Shown here one piece after another: positions 1 to 11,676 of a DNA stretch of 64,000 bases. Below the pieces are notes generated by a model that worked only from the letters and a program-made list of their open reading frames with translations, searched no databases and was not told the origin of the DNA. The DNA is from Podarcis erhardii. Lineage: Eukaryota. Made by a program: the position numbers and the translations under genes. Where the stretch lies: the NCBI GenBank assembly GCA_964252035.1, contig OZ176201.1; one strand, 5' to 3'. The number at the start of each line of letters is the position of its first letter. Positions within the stretch are counted from its first letter, which is position 1.

Positions 1-3000
1 AAACTGAGCAAGATGAGAGAAGTTTAGTTGGCTGGTTTTGAGACCTAGCTAGTCTGTTACCTGAGATACCAAATAGTTTGATAGTTGGTATTGCAAAGGC
101 TTTGGCTTTAGGAAAAGCTAAAAATAAACTCCCATTGTGCTTTTAGATAATGAAGCCTAAGGAGATCTTGCACAACTCCCTTTAGAGTGCAAGTCAAAGG
201 TGTTTGGGCCTGCTTATTCCAGGTCTACCACCCTGACCTCTGATAGGTCGCTGTAATAAGGACAACTTTAAGAAATGTAGACTGCCAAGAAGGTTCTGAT
301 TTTTTATTCTGGACAGGGTACTTATAGCAGAACATACTGCAGAGACATATAAAGGATGTCAATGCATATATCTAGTTAATAGTGTTGAGAAAAAAGCGCA
401 TTGCTCCTTGATTGCTGCCTTCCTGGCAGCAGGAACCTCAGATGTAGTTATGATCTGTGCATGAACTGTAAATAGCAATAATTGTCTGCATAAACCATAC
501 ATTTTGACAAGACTCTGTATTATCAAATGAGAGGGTATTGCGATCAGGAAATGAGAAGGCAACAGTGGCTTGAAGCTGACATAATTTGCACTTTTAATGC
601 CACAGACTCAAAGCCAAACATACCTTAAAGATAACTGCAGGCTTAAATGAGGGTCTGTTGTCTGCAATTAGCCACTGAAATAGGAGTGTGATGTGCATAG
701 TCCTTCCAGCTTCGATCTGAGGTGGCACTTTTCTTGTCCAATTGGAAAGCTTTTGCATACTGTTGATGTTTACTTGTAGTAGAATAATATGCATTGAACT
801 ATGGCATATGTTGATGATGGTTGTGTGGGTTGCCAAGCCCACAGAATCTGCATTCTCCTGCCTAGTCTTTCTGGAAGGATTGTTTTATTTCTGTCTTGCA
901 AATGTCAAATTGCAAGACTGGCCTGCCTTTTGGAGAATGAAGTTCTGGTTTGTGAGAGGCCTTTTGTGGGAAAAATAACAAAAATGACTGTGCAGTTTAT
1001 CATGCACTGAATCCTCCTAGTATTTTCCAGTTCTGTTGTAATTTCAATCTTCCCCCAACTTGGTGTCCTCCAGGGTAATGATCACCTGAACTCACTTCAG
1101 CTGGTGTAACAGGGATTGTAGAAGTTAGTCCAGCAACAGCTTGAACTCACTAGTTTGGGGGAAGTCTAGTGTATTTTAGATACACTTTCATTATAGGTTT
1201 CTATACTTTCATGGGGCCATGCAAGGTCTCTGTAATGCTTCATACTTTCTGCCCCCCACCCACCCCCCAATTTCTTTGACAGCAGAATAATGGGAGTTTC
1301 TACTTATATTTACCTAAATTTAATAGCATTGGAAGATGGAGCATCTTATCTTACTCTGCAGTCATATGCTGTTGTTTTTGAAGTGAGGTTTGAAGACATG
1401 GAAGCATGCTAGGCAGGAGCCATAAGTGTAATGTGCCTTTCCAACAGTTATTTTATATGGCTGCCTTATTCTAGAGCCAGTGGCTAGTTGATCTAGATAC
1501 ACAGCTGGAGAAACATAAATACTTACCAGAGTGTTCAGTTCCTTTTGAGGCCTGGTGATGGGTGTCCTGTCTCCTTCCTAAATGGCCTATCACTGGAATT
1601 GGTGTTTTCTCATTATTACTGGTTTTCATGTGCTTGTGATGTGTAGCCACTGACTAGTGCATTTTATTCGTGAGTGGGCACTGTAGTATTTCGGAGAACA
1701 GGCTGGTGGGATGCCTGCCTGAAAATAGACCCATGAACAAATATTCCAGACAGCAGCCTCAAGCAGCAAACTTGAAGGGGGGCATTGTTGTATGTCTAGA
1801 CGGCTACCATGAACAATGTTGTGGGAAAGTTAATACCTCCTTTCTGGCATATCTGAAACGAAATGCAGGATTGGAGCCTTAATCAGCAGGCAGGGCTACT
1901 TCAGAACACTATTGTACTCATACGGATGGCGGCAGATTACTGGGAATGGTGGGTGAATGTGGGTGCAGACGTAACCGTAGGGCTTTCCAGACAATAGTTT
2001 TCCACACCATTAGCTGTTGACTATAGTGCTACCTCTGAAAGCACTTTCCTGACATTGTTTTGCACAACCTGTCTTGGACTGTCCCACCCATTCTGTTCCT
2101 GATTTGCCACTTTGGCCTAGCAGCGATTAGCACAGTTGTCATGTGCTTCCATTGGAGCTGCCACTTCTTGACCATCAGTGCCCTGGGGGTCCAGTGGTGC
2201 AGCTCTGTTCTTCAGGATGCTTGCTTCCACAGCATCCATTCACCCGTTGGTTGTTGATGAATGAATCTAGAACCTCTGAGGTAGGTTTGGGCTGCCAAAG
2301 CAATTGCCATAGAAGCGAGAACGAGAGATCTCTATAAACGCTTGAGGCAGCTTGCGTCGAAATGAATGGCAGCATTGGGGGGTTGGGGAATGATTCTGTG
2401 CATGTGCAGGTTAGAATGGCTGCCAAGAAAATCTCCTGGGAATGTGTGCATCAATATTCAGATGCTTCGCAAGGCAGTGTTCCAGTCAAGCCAGTAACGA
2501 AGCAAACTGATCTCATCTGCAGCTTCTGGGGGCTTTTCACATACATGGGGAACAAGGGGTGACCTCACTAATGTGGAATGTGCTTTGCTTAGTGTAAGAG
2601 GGGGGCCTGTTCTCCTGGGGGTTATTGTCAGCATAACAAGTTTGCCAATGATGTCATTTATTCAAAGCGTGCTGCAGCAGGCTTTAAGGACACAGGAAGG
2701 GCTTTTCGAAAGCCGAAGTTTCTGTTTTAGTAATAAATGGAACCAAAGTTCTCCAGGTTGGCTGTAGGAAAAAAAATTATTGGAAAAGGAAGCATTACCA
2801 GGTGCTGACTCCTGTTATACCACTAGTGCCAGATCTTAATAGCCAAAAGGCTCTTAACTCAGAACTGTGGTGGTAAATGTTAAGTGATAACAAGAACTGG
2901 TGAAAAACAAACCTGAGCTTGGACTTAAGTAGTGATCACTTAGCAAATGTGCCACAGATGTTTTCTAAGCAGCATAATAAAGCACCCCAGTATTCATTGC

Positions 3001-3020
3001 CATACTTCTTGGCATCCCAC

Positions 3021-3676
3021 TTATTGGCATCTGTCTCAAGAGGTCAAACAACTGCATTAGTAACACCAAAGTGACCTCCCTGAGGCACAAGCCTGGGCAG
3101 TGTGTGTGGAGCTCCTGGGCTGCCCAGGGTACAAGACTGTCCCCCCAGCCTCACTGCTGTGGTTCAAAGGAAAGCAGAGCAATGCTTTTGGCACCAGACT
3201 GGCTGCAGGAATTGTCAGAAGGAGGGGTACAAGGCACCATCCAGTCGTCTTAAGGACTCTGCATATGTGTAGGGTTTATTCTTGTGCCATTTCTTCTCCT
3301 GAAGTTATCTCATAAGGCAGTGGAGTTTTAAGACCAGAGTTTTCCTTCTAGATGGGCTACCTTCCCAGGTTGACGAGCTGCCTTCCAGACTGTTGGAGTC
3401 ACTATTGGTTTCGTTTGCTTAATCCACCAGAGCCTGTGTCTGCATGCAGGTGGAAGTCGCTAACTTACCAAGGGTTTGAGACCCATTGGTTATCCTCACC
3501 TGATTTAGCTGGCCAATGGAAGCCATTCCCGGGGTGTGTCTACTGTCACATGCTGATAGCTTCAAGGAGCACAGGTGAGAGCCGAGTGCAGGGTGGGGAC
3601 TAAAGGTGGACAAACTACCCCAGAGGGGTACAATGTGTCCCCTACCAGAGTTACTATCCCTCCCCTAACACCCCAT
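3021..3676 (-). mobile_element. RTE-related non-autonomous retroelement (about 650 bp)
   Basis: Recognised from memory as a squamate RTE-type UTR-derived repeat (GATGGGCTACCTTCCCAGGTTGACGAG...GGGTTTGAGACCCAT...GGTGAGAGCCGAGTGCAGGGTGGGGAC); no coding ORF; boundaries approximate. Confidence 0.5.
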
Positions 3677-6600
3677 CCCTTTTTATTTAAAATGCCTACC
3701 TCATTCTTTAAAAGCACAATCCTCTTGGGAGAAGAACTTTGTTAATGTGGCTCTGGTTGCATGAGGTTCAGTTCACACTGCTTTCAGGGTAAATCACAAA
3801 CATGAAAACCTCCCACTTCTGATAGTTGTGTGCTTTATTTGGAGGCAGGTGATGGGAAAGTTAGCAGTTCTGTTTTAAGGGGCAGTACTGCAAGAGTAAA
3901 CAGGGCAGGGTATGTTGCACACAGTACTTAAGGACTAAATCATCCCTGCAACCATAAGATTTGACACTTGCTTAACATGGAGACAGTATTACCATGTTAA
4001 ATACTACAGCTGCAGAAGACAAATGGCTTGTGACTCTGTACTAAGAAACTTGAAACTTCTAACACATTCAAAAACTAAATACCTTCTGAGAAGTGGGAGG
4101 TGCAGGGAATAGTGTTGGTCCTTGTGGTGGCTGGCGGTATAAAAATGCTTCTTTTAAACATGGCGGGGGGCCCTAAACCACGGGCAGTATTTGGCACCCC
4201 CAAAAGGTGGTTCAATGTCCTCTCAAGATGTGCTGCCCATTCAAAATTATATTTAAAATTTAAATTTTACTGAATTTAATGATAAATGGTTTGAATTGAT
4301 ACACAATGGTGGATGGGACTATTGCAAGGCAGCTTTGAGAACTGCAGTTTGCACCACACTCATACTAATACTTAAGCCGCACCCATTTAGATATGTGGCC
4401 CCCGGAGGGTTAACAATGGGTCATTGTGGCACTTTACCCAAAGAACCACAGGTCTGCAACAGACTCTTGTTTTGAAACATTACGTGCAACAGCTTCATCT
4501 TCCCTAGTTTACAAGACACCTAAGGTTGCATTTGCAGCCATTGTAAGGCAACTGATTGCGGGATTGGGATCTTGTGGCCCTCCACTTGCTGGACCAACTC
4601 GCATCAGCTGCAACGAGGGATGATGGGAGATGTACTCAGCAGCATACGGATAGCCACATATTCCCCACACCTTTTCTAGTATGTTCTGTATTTTCCTTGT
4701 AGCATCATTCTCTGGCTCTTTCCTGGTGTCTGAAATGATTAGTGTGCAGAATGGTAGCAGTGTTAGTCTTGTTGTAGCAGGAACAACAAATTCATGTGGC
4801 ACTATCAAGTCCAGCACAGTTATTATGATGCAAGCTTTCATGGACTCTGACCACATGACTCTTCATTGAAAAAAATTAAATGGTACAGTTCTACCTTCAG
4901 GGAAATCTGCAAATGATATCATTTCTATTCACAACTCCGGTTAATAACTTGCACTGCTCATTCCTGCAACATGTTTATTCTCTCTACTAGAGTTCAGAGA
5001 TCATGTCCTCTTGCTATGGTTTGGATCCACAGGCTTGAGTCTTAAGGTCAGGAGGAATGACCTGTTTCAGACATTACGACAAGCCATGTCCTAGCATAAT
5101 GGGAACAATTTGTAGTGAGACATGTGTTCATATGCTTCCATTGTTTGATGGGTTGCAAGATGCCATTTCTTCTAAACTCAACAAGCTGTGTCTGATGTTG
5201 CCTAAAAGATCTATCTTAAGGTAAGCATATGAAGCCAAACTCTCTGCTACAACTAGAAAGCTATTTGGCACCCTCTGTTTGCTTTGTCATGAGGGTGATC
5301 TGCTTCCAAGGAATACATCTTGCAGATTTAGGCATATGGGGCTGCTGCGACTTTCCCCAGAGCTATTTCTGGCCCTAAACATCATTTATGCTTTTAATAG
5401 TCATGTGTTTTAGACTCTCCTCTTGTCAGTTGTTGGTGGTTAACATGCTGGTGAACAATGTGCCTCTCCCAAGTGACAGTGTGTGTGGATGTGAGCATAT
5501 ACATACCACATTGCAGCTTGGTAGCAGAACCTTTGCTGCTGCTCCTTTAAGGCATATAGTAATCTTTGCTCAGTTCTAGTGGTTCTTTTCTTTTTTAAAA
5601 AAACTATAAGCTAACAGTACCAAAAATAACATGCTTTGGGTTTATAATAATCTGTGGTCACATTTGTCATTTTAAATTGCAGATGTGTCACTAAGCTCTG
5701 CCCTCTGTTCCAGCGGGAAGGCCCCCCCAAAAAGAGAAGTTACCAAGTTATGTACTACTAGCTGTTATCTGCATGATCTGCATCAAACCTACAAAATTGG
5801 CTTACACTTTTTAATGGAAAAATAGCTGTGCTATACCAGTGGATTTCAGCCCTTTTAGTTTAGAGGAAACACACCTTTTTTTTTTTTTTAGTACCGTGGC
5901 CCTTTCTCCCTGCCCCCGACATCCACCCTACAAAGTAAAAACTGGTAATGCATTGTAAAATGTTGACGGACCCAAGCATCCTGTGGAACCCTGGTTGGAA
6001 AAGGTGCAGTCTAGAAGGCAACTAGCACATAGGTGGGTGTCTGCCTATAAGTTTTTCAATATCTGTAACCCAGTGTAAAGGGTCACCCAAGGTGAAGGGG
6101 TGCATTTGGCTACAGAAGAAATCCTGCCATCTAAGTTATAGCGGCTGGTACCCTTTGAGATACTGTAAATCCCTTAAAAGAAACATAATGGCTGGTGAAT
6201 ACTGTATTTTAGTTGTATTGCCTTGTAGAATAATAGCAATCACTCTGAACTATTACCTTAAGTTTTAAGTACAAAATTCTGAAGGCTTGCCCAAAGAAGT
6301 ATATTACTCTCTAGACACTAGGTTCATAAATGATACATCTGTCTCCCTCAAATCAAGGCTAGGCCAGGAGAAGACAATCTCAGTGACATTATTCTTACTG
6401 AAAATATTGCAAAAAGTGGATACCCTTTCAAGAAATAGTGTGGCTAACAAATACAAATGAACTGGAGGGAATAAATTTGAATTTGCACACCATAACCAAA
6501 CTAATGGCAAATATGATGACCTACAGTGGAACAGATAAGAGTGTGTGCTGCCCAGAGCCTGCTGGTAACCATTTAAAAAAATTGAACATAAAATCTTTTC

Positions 6601-6966
6601 TAGAAGTCTTACTTTCCTGCCCTCAACTTACTTTGCTCCCGGCATTTGAAAGCAAGCCCAAATAAAACCTATTTTGGGATTGGGTTAGGAAAATCTAGGG
6701 GAATGGGCTGCCATTGCAATGGAGCAGCCTTTTTCTCCATGCTCTTGCTGTTCTAAACTAGGTGCACAGGTGGCACAGTCAAGATGCCTGGTTGGAAAGT
6801 GGTGTCAAAGTTTGGAGTTTGTGCTGTTTGCTGAACTTCTTACTTCCACAATCCAAATGGTTGCTATGCCAGTGAATATGTTAAGAACTGGCTACCTTTC
6901 ATTCTTGGCCAGTAGTACTACATAGGAGCTTGTTCACCATAGGTATGTCCCAGTTTGGTCACTTCC

Positions 6967-7125
6967 AGAATCATAATATCATAAAACTGTAGAGTTGGAA
7001 GGGACAAGGGTCATCTAGTCCAAACCCCAGTGATGCAGGAATCTTTTCCCAATGGTGGGGGGACGGGACTTGAGCCCATGATCTTTGAGACGTAAGAGTC
7101 TCATGCTCTACCGACTGAGCTATCC
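6967..7125 (-). mobile_element. tRNA-Lys-derived SINE with CR1-type 3' tail
   Basis: Minus strand begins GGATAGCTCAGTCGGTAGAGCATGAGACTCTT (tRNA-Lys-like); tail shares GTCATCTAGTCCAA...GCAGGAATC with the CR1 end at 36597-36650. Confidence 0.75.
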
Positions 7126-7930
7126 TGTTTCAAGTGACAGTTAACCTGGTTTCTCAAGCTGCCAAATCTAGCTTATAACAATACTGTCCTTCCTTTGCCC
7201 ATGTTCTAATCTCTTGCTCGTGCCAGTAAAAAGCATAGTTCTTCTGTGTATTCCAGTTACCAAGGAAACTGACCACAGTAGCTTATCGTGTTTCCGCTAA
7301 TTGTCTTAAGAGTAAATTCCTTGTAGTACTGCAGCAGGACAAAGTTTTTAAAAATTAACAAATTCACTTGGCTCTTATGCAACGAGGTTTTAGTTGGTGT
7401 TTCCCAGTCCAGGCGCTCGTGAATAAACTGAGCCGTAAACTTTGTTTTGAACGGTGGTCCTGCAGAATAGTGGGTTGCTGGCAAAATGAGAACTGTTTCT
7501 AAGCAAGGCAAAAGGTCCTATTGGGTGTCCCTCTGGACTGTATTGAAAAGAATTCTTTGGATTGCAGTGCAGAACTTAACCCAGCTAGTAAATGCCAGTA
7601 ATAAACCTGAATAACTATTCTTCTTTTTAGTAAATATTTAACGCTGGTCTCCAGGATCTGACTAATTCCCAGGGCTGCAAGTACATACTTGTGAGATTGC
7701 TCAGTTTCAGTATTGATCAGTCATGTGAGGTTCACAATGGGCTGTAAGTAGGAGAAGGGGCAGAATGTTACTACTGTTTTGAACGTGTCCCAGGTTTTAA
7801 AATGCATGGGTAACAACCAAAGATGTATTTGGAACAAATTACAGCAATTTCTGAAGAACTAGCATCTGAAAGTGAGAAGGCCACCAGCTAAATACTTAAA
7901 CAATTCACTGTTGGAAAAACAGAAAAGAAT

Positions 7931-8140
7931 CAGTGGTACCTCGGATTACAGATGCTTCAGGTTACAGACTGCTAACCCAGAAATAGTACCTCAGGTTAAG
8001 AACTTTGCTTCAGGATGAGAACAGAAATCGTGCAGCAGTGGGAGATCCCATTAGCTAAAGTGGTACCTCAGGTTAAGAACAGTTTCAGGTTAAGAATGGA
8101 CCTCTGGAACGAATTAAGTTCTTAACCTGAGGTACCACTG
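7931..8140. mobile_element. Tc1/mariner(pogo)-type MITE, family A copy 1
   Basis: TIRs CAGTGGTACCTCGG / CTGAGGTACCACTG, TA on the right; homologous to 28312 and 37221 copies. Confidence 0.8.
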
Positions 8141-8452
8141 TATGCTAAATTTGTCTTCTCTGGCATAGACTGTCGGCTGATCGGCAGAGATGCCTTGTCG
8201 CTATTTTATTTTGGATTGTTTTATTTGCTGTTTTAATGTGCTGTAAGCGGCTGTTATAAGAATTTTACGATCTTAGATATATAATAAATGTTCATAAATA
8301 TACCAAGCAAACACGTACATAAATATATAAACCACATATCTGAAGCAGCACAGGAGGGCAGTCCTGAAACCATTTTAACTCCCAAACTGACCAAATGTTT
8401 CTCTGCAAGGAGGGAGAAAATGAAAAACAAAACAAAAAAAAAACCTTCCCAT

Positions 8453-8929
8453 TGTCCCAGGAATTAAGTAATTACCATCTCAAAAGGAATCGCCAGACTA
8501 CCAGAAAAGGCAATAAGATAAGGCATTATCAGATAACCTGGCAGTCAGGAAAAAGAACAACCATCAAATTTCTGTTGTAGACCGCCTTTTCTGTGATGTA
8601 GGTATTATGTTTGTGGGGGGTGGTCTTGGGCTACACCCCTTCTGTGATGTATATATGGAGGGGTGGTCTGGAGCTCCAGGGCAGGAAATTTCAAAATGGA
8701 TATATAAGGCCTTGCTCGCCATTGTTCGAGGTCCTCCTCCTCTCTCCTGCGTGTGGGGGAGCACCCTGTTGCAACAGTCAATAAAGATCAAGCTTACTAG
8801 CTGCTTTGCTTCTCAATATTCTCTGGTTGGTCTCTGTTATTTTCTCCTACCGATAGAGAACCTACAAAAGGACTCTATATGGGCTCTTGGGTACCCCATA
8901 AGGGAAAAGGAGCAGGTTTTTTTATATCA
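8453..8929 (+). mobile_element. Candidate solo LTR
   Basis: TG...CA ends, TATATAA 8701-8707, AATAAA 8780-8785; flanks tcccat/ctccat are only a partial TSD; left boundary uncertain (8453, 8592 or 8643). Confidence 0.5.
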
Positions 8930-9070
8930 CTCCATAAAATGATATAGAAATTAAATGAATAATAATGATTAAATCCCCACTCCCAAAAGGCAACTAGACA
9001 GTCTTGTTGTTATGACTGTAACCTAGGTTGAAGGTGCCATTTGGCGATGAGCTTATATATGAGCTTCTCA

Positions 9071-9186
9071 CATCTCTGGATGTTGTTGGACCATAACTCC
9101 CATCATCTGTGACCATTGGCTTTGCTCACTGGGGCTGATGGTAGTTCAGTAACATCTGCAGGGCCACAAGTTATCTGCCCATGCTC
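9071..9186. mobile_element. Degenerate palindromic hAT-type MITE
   Basis: GATGTTGTTGGACCATAACTCCCATCATC...GATGGTAGTTCAGTAACATCTG, same family core as 33829 and 38495. Confidence 0.55.
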
Positions 9187-11427
9187 TAGTAGTCACCACA
9201 CAAGATCATATGAAGGCCTCCCCATTGTGTTTCTATAGACAAAGTTTCAGCCTTAAATTTAGAGCACTTTTGACCTGCGGTGCCTATATCACTATGGAAG
9301 CCTGCTTCTGCCTGAACCGTTTTTCTTCAGCGATGCTTGTAAATCTTTCCCTGTGGCTAATGGCTCTAAGCAACTCAATTCATTACATTATAGCTCTATC
9401 CCTCAGCAGCTAATGTAGGGCCTGCCCTCATATGACTGCATATTATCTAAAATACAATGATTCAGTTAGGAAATGCGCAGGTAAAAATTTGGTGCCTGCT
9501 ACCCAAACACATTACTAGTTTTTGAGTAGAAATGTTTTCCACATAAGGAGGAAATGTCCAATTGATGCAAAATGAGTTCCTACACTTTGTGCAACTTTTG
9601 GTTCACTGGTGGAATTACTTTAGGCTACTGTTTTCTTGCAAGCCCTTGCATCTGTGAGAAGAGGCGATTGCACACCCCTTTAAATCTTGTGTGCATATTG
9701 TAGCTGTATAGTGAATTGAGCAATGGCCCTCTGGAATCCGACAAATCTCAGACTTCACATGTTAAAAGACCAGTATGCAGCCACAAAGCTAACTTATCTT
9801 CAGCAGTTGATCTGCCCTGCAAACCTGGCTTGTGTGAGTCTACAGCTTAAATGTTGCAATATTGCTAAACACTGTTCCTCAGGCCATGTACCTTAATAAC
9901 CTCCAGACTGAAGCTGTATTGCTTAAGCAGTTTTAAGATGCAATTAACAAATGACAGTGGCTAGATAGAAATTCCACTGTTAATTGCTCATGAAATATAT
10001 TTGTGCTTGGGGCCAGAAACATTACAATAAAGCTTTGCAATGGAGAGAGTTGTGTAGGTGAGCAGTTCCTCATCATGAGACAGTGCCTTGTCATAGTCTG
10101 TGAGTCCTGGTCTAGTTCAAACAGACCTGGCAAACAGGGCTTGATGTGAGTCCTGAAAATATTTGGATAAGAGTTCCCAGGAAGGACTTGTTTTCATAAT
10201 TATGAATCTTTAAATTTCCCTGGTGTGATTTTGGTTTTACTTTTGGCCAGAGTGGTGGTACACTGCAAACCGCTTCATAAGTTTTTTAGCCGCAGTATCA
10301 CTTATGCAAGGACTCATTTTAAGTTTATTTCTAGATCTCTTTGGTACCCAGTCACAAATAGCTGTTGTAAGAGTCAATATAGAAATGAACTTTTGCTTAT
10401 TATACATCTGAGCTAGGTAGTAGGGGAGCTTGCTTTCCAAGTCCAGTTTTGTCGGCTTGATGCCATTTTAGAAGCACATTCATCTGTTTGGCTTTCTAGT
10501 TTCATCAACATACTGATGTGTCCCGGGCAAATGTTGACTAGGGTACTAAGGAATTTCTAGCTTGGTAGAAAGTCTGCTACTAATAGTTGAGTGATAAGGA
10601 GGGGAAATACTTGGACTAAACATAACATTTTCATATTGATGTGAATAAGCTATAGCCAAATTCGCAATAGCATGGAAATCTAGCTGTGTAAATGCTCCTT
10701 TTGTTCTCTAAATTCTAAATGACTGATGCAGATTGGTTCCATCTTGTCTTTGTATATCTTATTCACCATGTAATGTACCTTTCTACAAGAAAGGTTTGTG
10801 TTGTAGAAATAGCTCATGGTTTCCACCCCCATTTTTAAACCCAAGGTCTGTTGCTGCCAATCTGTTTAATTTTGCAATTATGCAGATTCTGTAAGAAGCT
10901 GAGTAAAACATTAATCTTAAATCATGGTTGATTCACTCTTGAAGAGAAACCAGAGCAAAGGATTTCTACCCTTTTGGGATATCTACCAGTTAGTATGATT
11001 GGCTTTACTGCCCTGCCACTTACTGTGGAGGTACATAATGACAGTATATAAACTGTTTTATGCTCTCCTGTAGGGCAAGGTCTTGGATTGAGGACAATAG
11101 GCTGGTTGTCCTAGTTCCTAAGTTCACATTATTATGATCTGTTTGTTGACAGTAGACAGCTGAACTCATGGCTTGAGAAGAAACTTGGAGGAAGCTACTC
11201 CAACCATGAATCAAGCATATAGTAAAGTATGTGTAAAAAGATCTCAATAGATACCTGGGTAGATAGAAAGAACCATTGTGTCTGCCAGTCATATTATCCA
11301 CCTGACTCCTGTGTGGTTAGATTGGTGGCTCAAAGCAAACGCCTTTAAGTGGATTTGTTACCTTTCAGCTTGACTTGATGCCTAATGGTGGTTTTAGTAG
11401 TAATTCTGTTTTTCTTCTTCTTTTCAG

Positions 11428-11676
11428 ATAGTAAAGCTATTGTTGATGGGAACTTGAAGCTAATCCTAGGGTTAGTATGGACCCTTATCCTCCATTACTC
11501 AATCTCTATGCCAGTGTGGGAAGATGAAGGAGATGACGATGCCAAGAAACAGACTCCCAAACAGAGACTCTTGGGATGGATTCAGAACAAAATCCCTTAT
11601 TTGCCAATAACGAACTTCAACCAAAACTGGCAAGATGGCAAAGCATTAGGTGCCCTCGTTGATAGCTGTGCTCCAG
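11428..11676 (+). CDS. FLNB: FLNB exon 2 (249 nt; CH1 end, CH2 start)
   Basis: ttttcag|AT AGT AAA ... GCT CCA G|gtaagc; [31 protein letters not shown]...ALVDSCAP. Confidence 0.97.

Noticed and set aside
7060-7125. tRNA-Lys gene
   Set aside because: Anticodon arm and acceptor stem are disrupted and it is fused to a CR1 tail; it is a SINE head.
10174-10183. STAT-like TTCCCAGGAA and scattered AP-1/TEAD motifs in introns
   Set aside because: Single short motifs occur at chance frequency in 64 kb; cannot be supported without conservation or chromatin data.
359-11301. Short ORFs in the first 11 kb as genes
   Set aside because: 60-115 aa, low-complexity or Cys/Leu-rich, many with non-ATG starts, no recognisable domains; consistent with random intron 1 ORFs.
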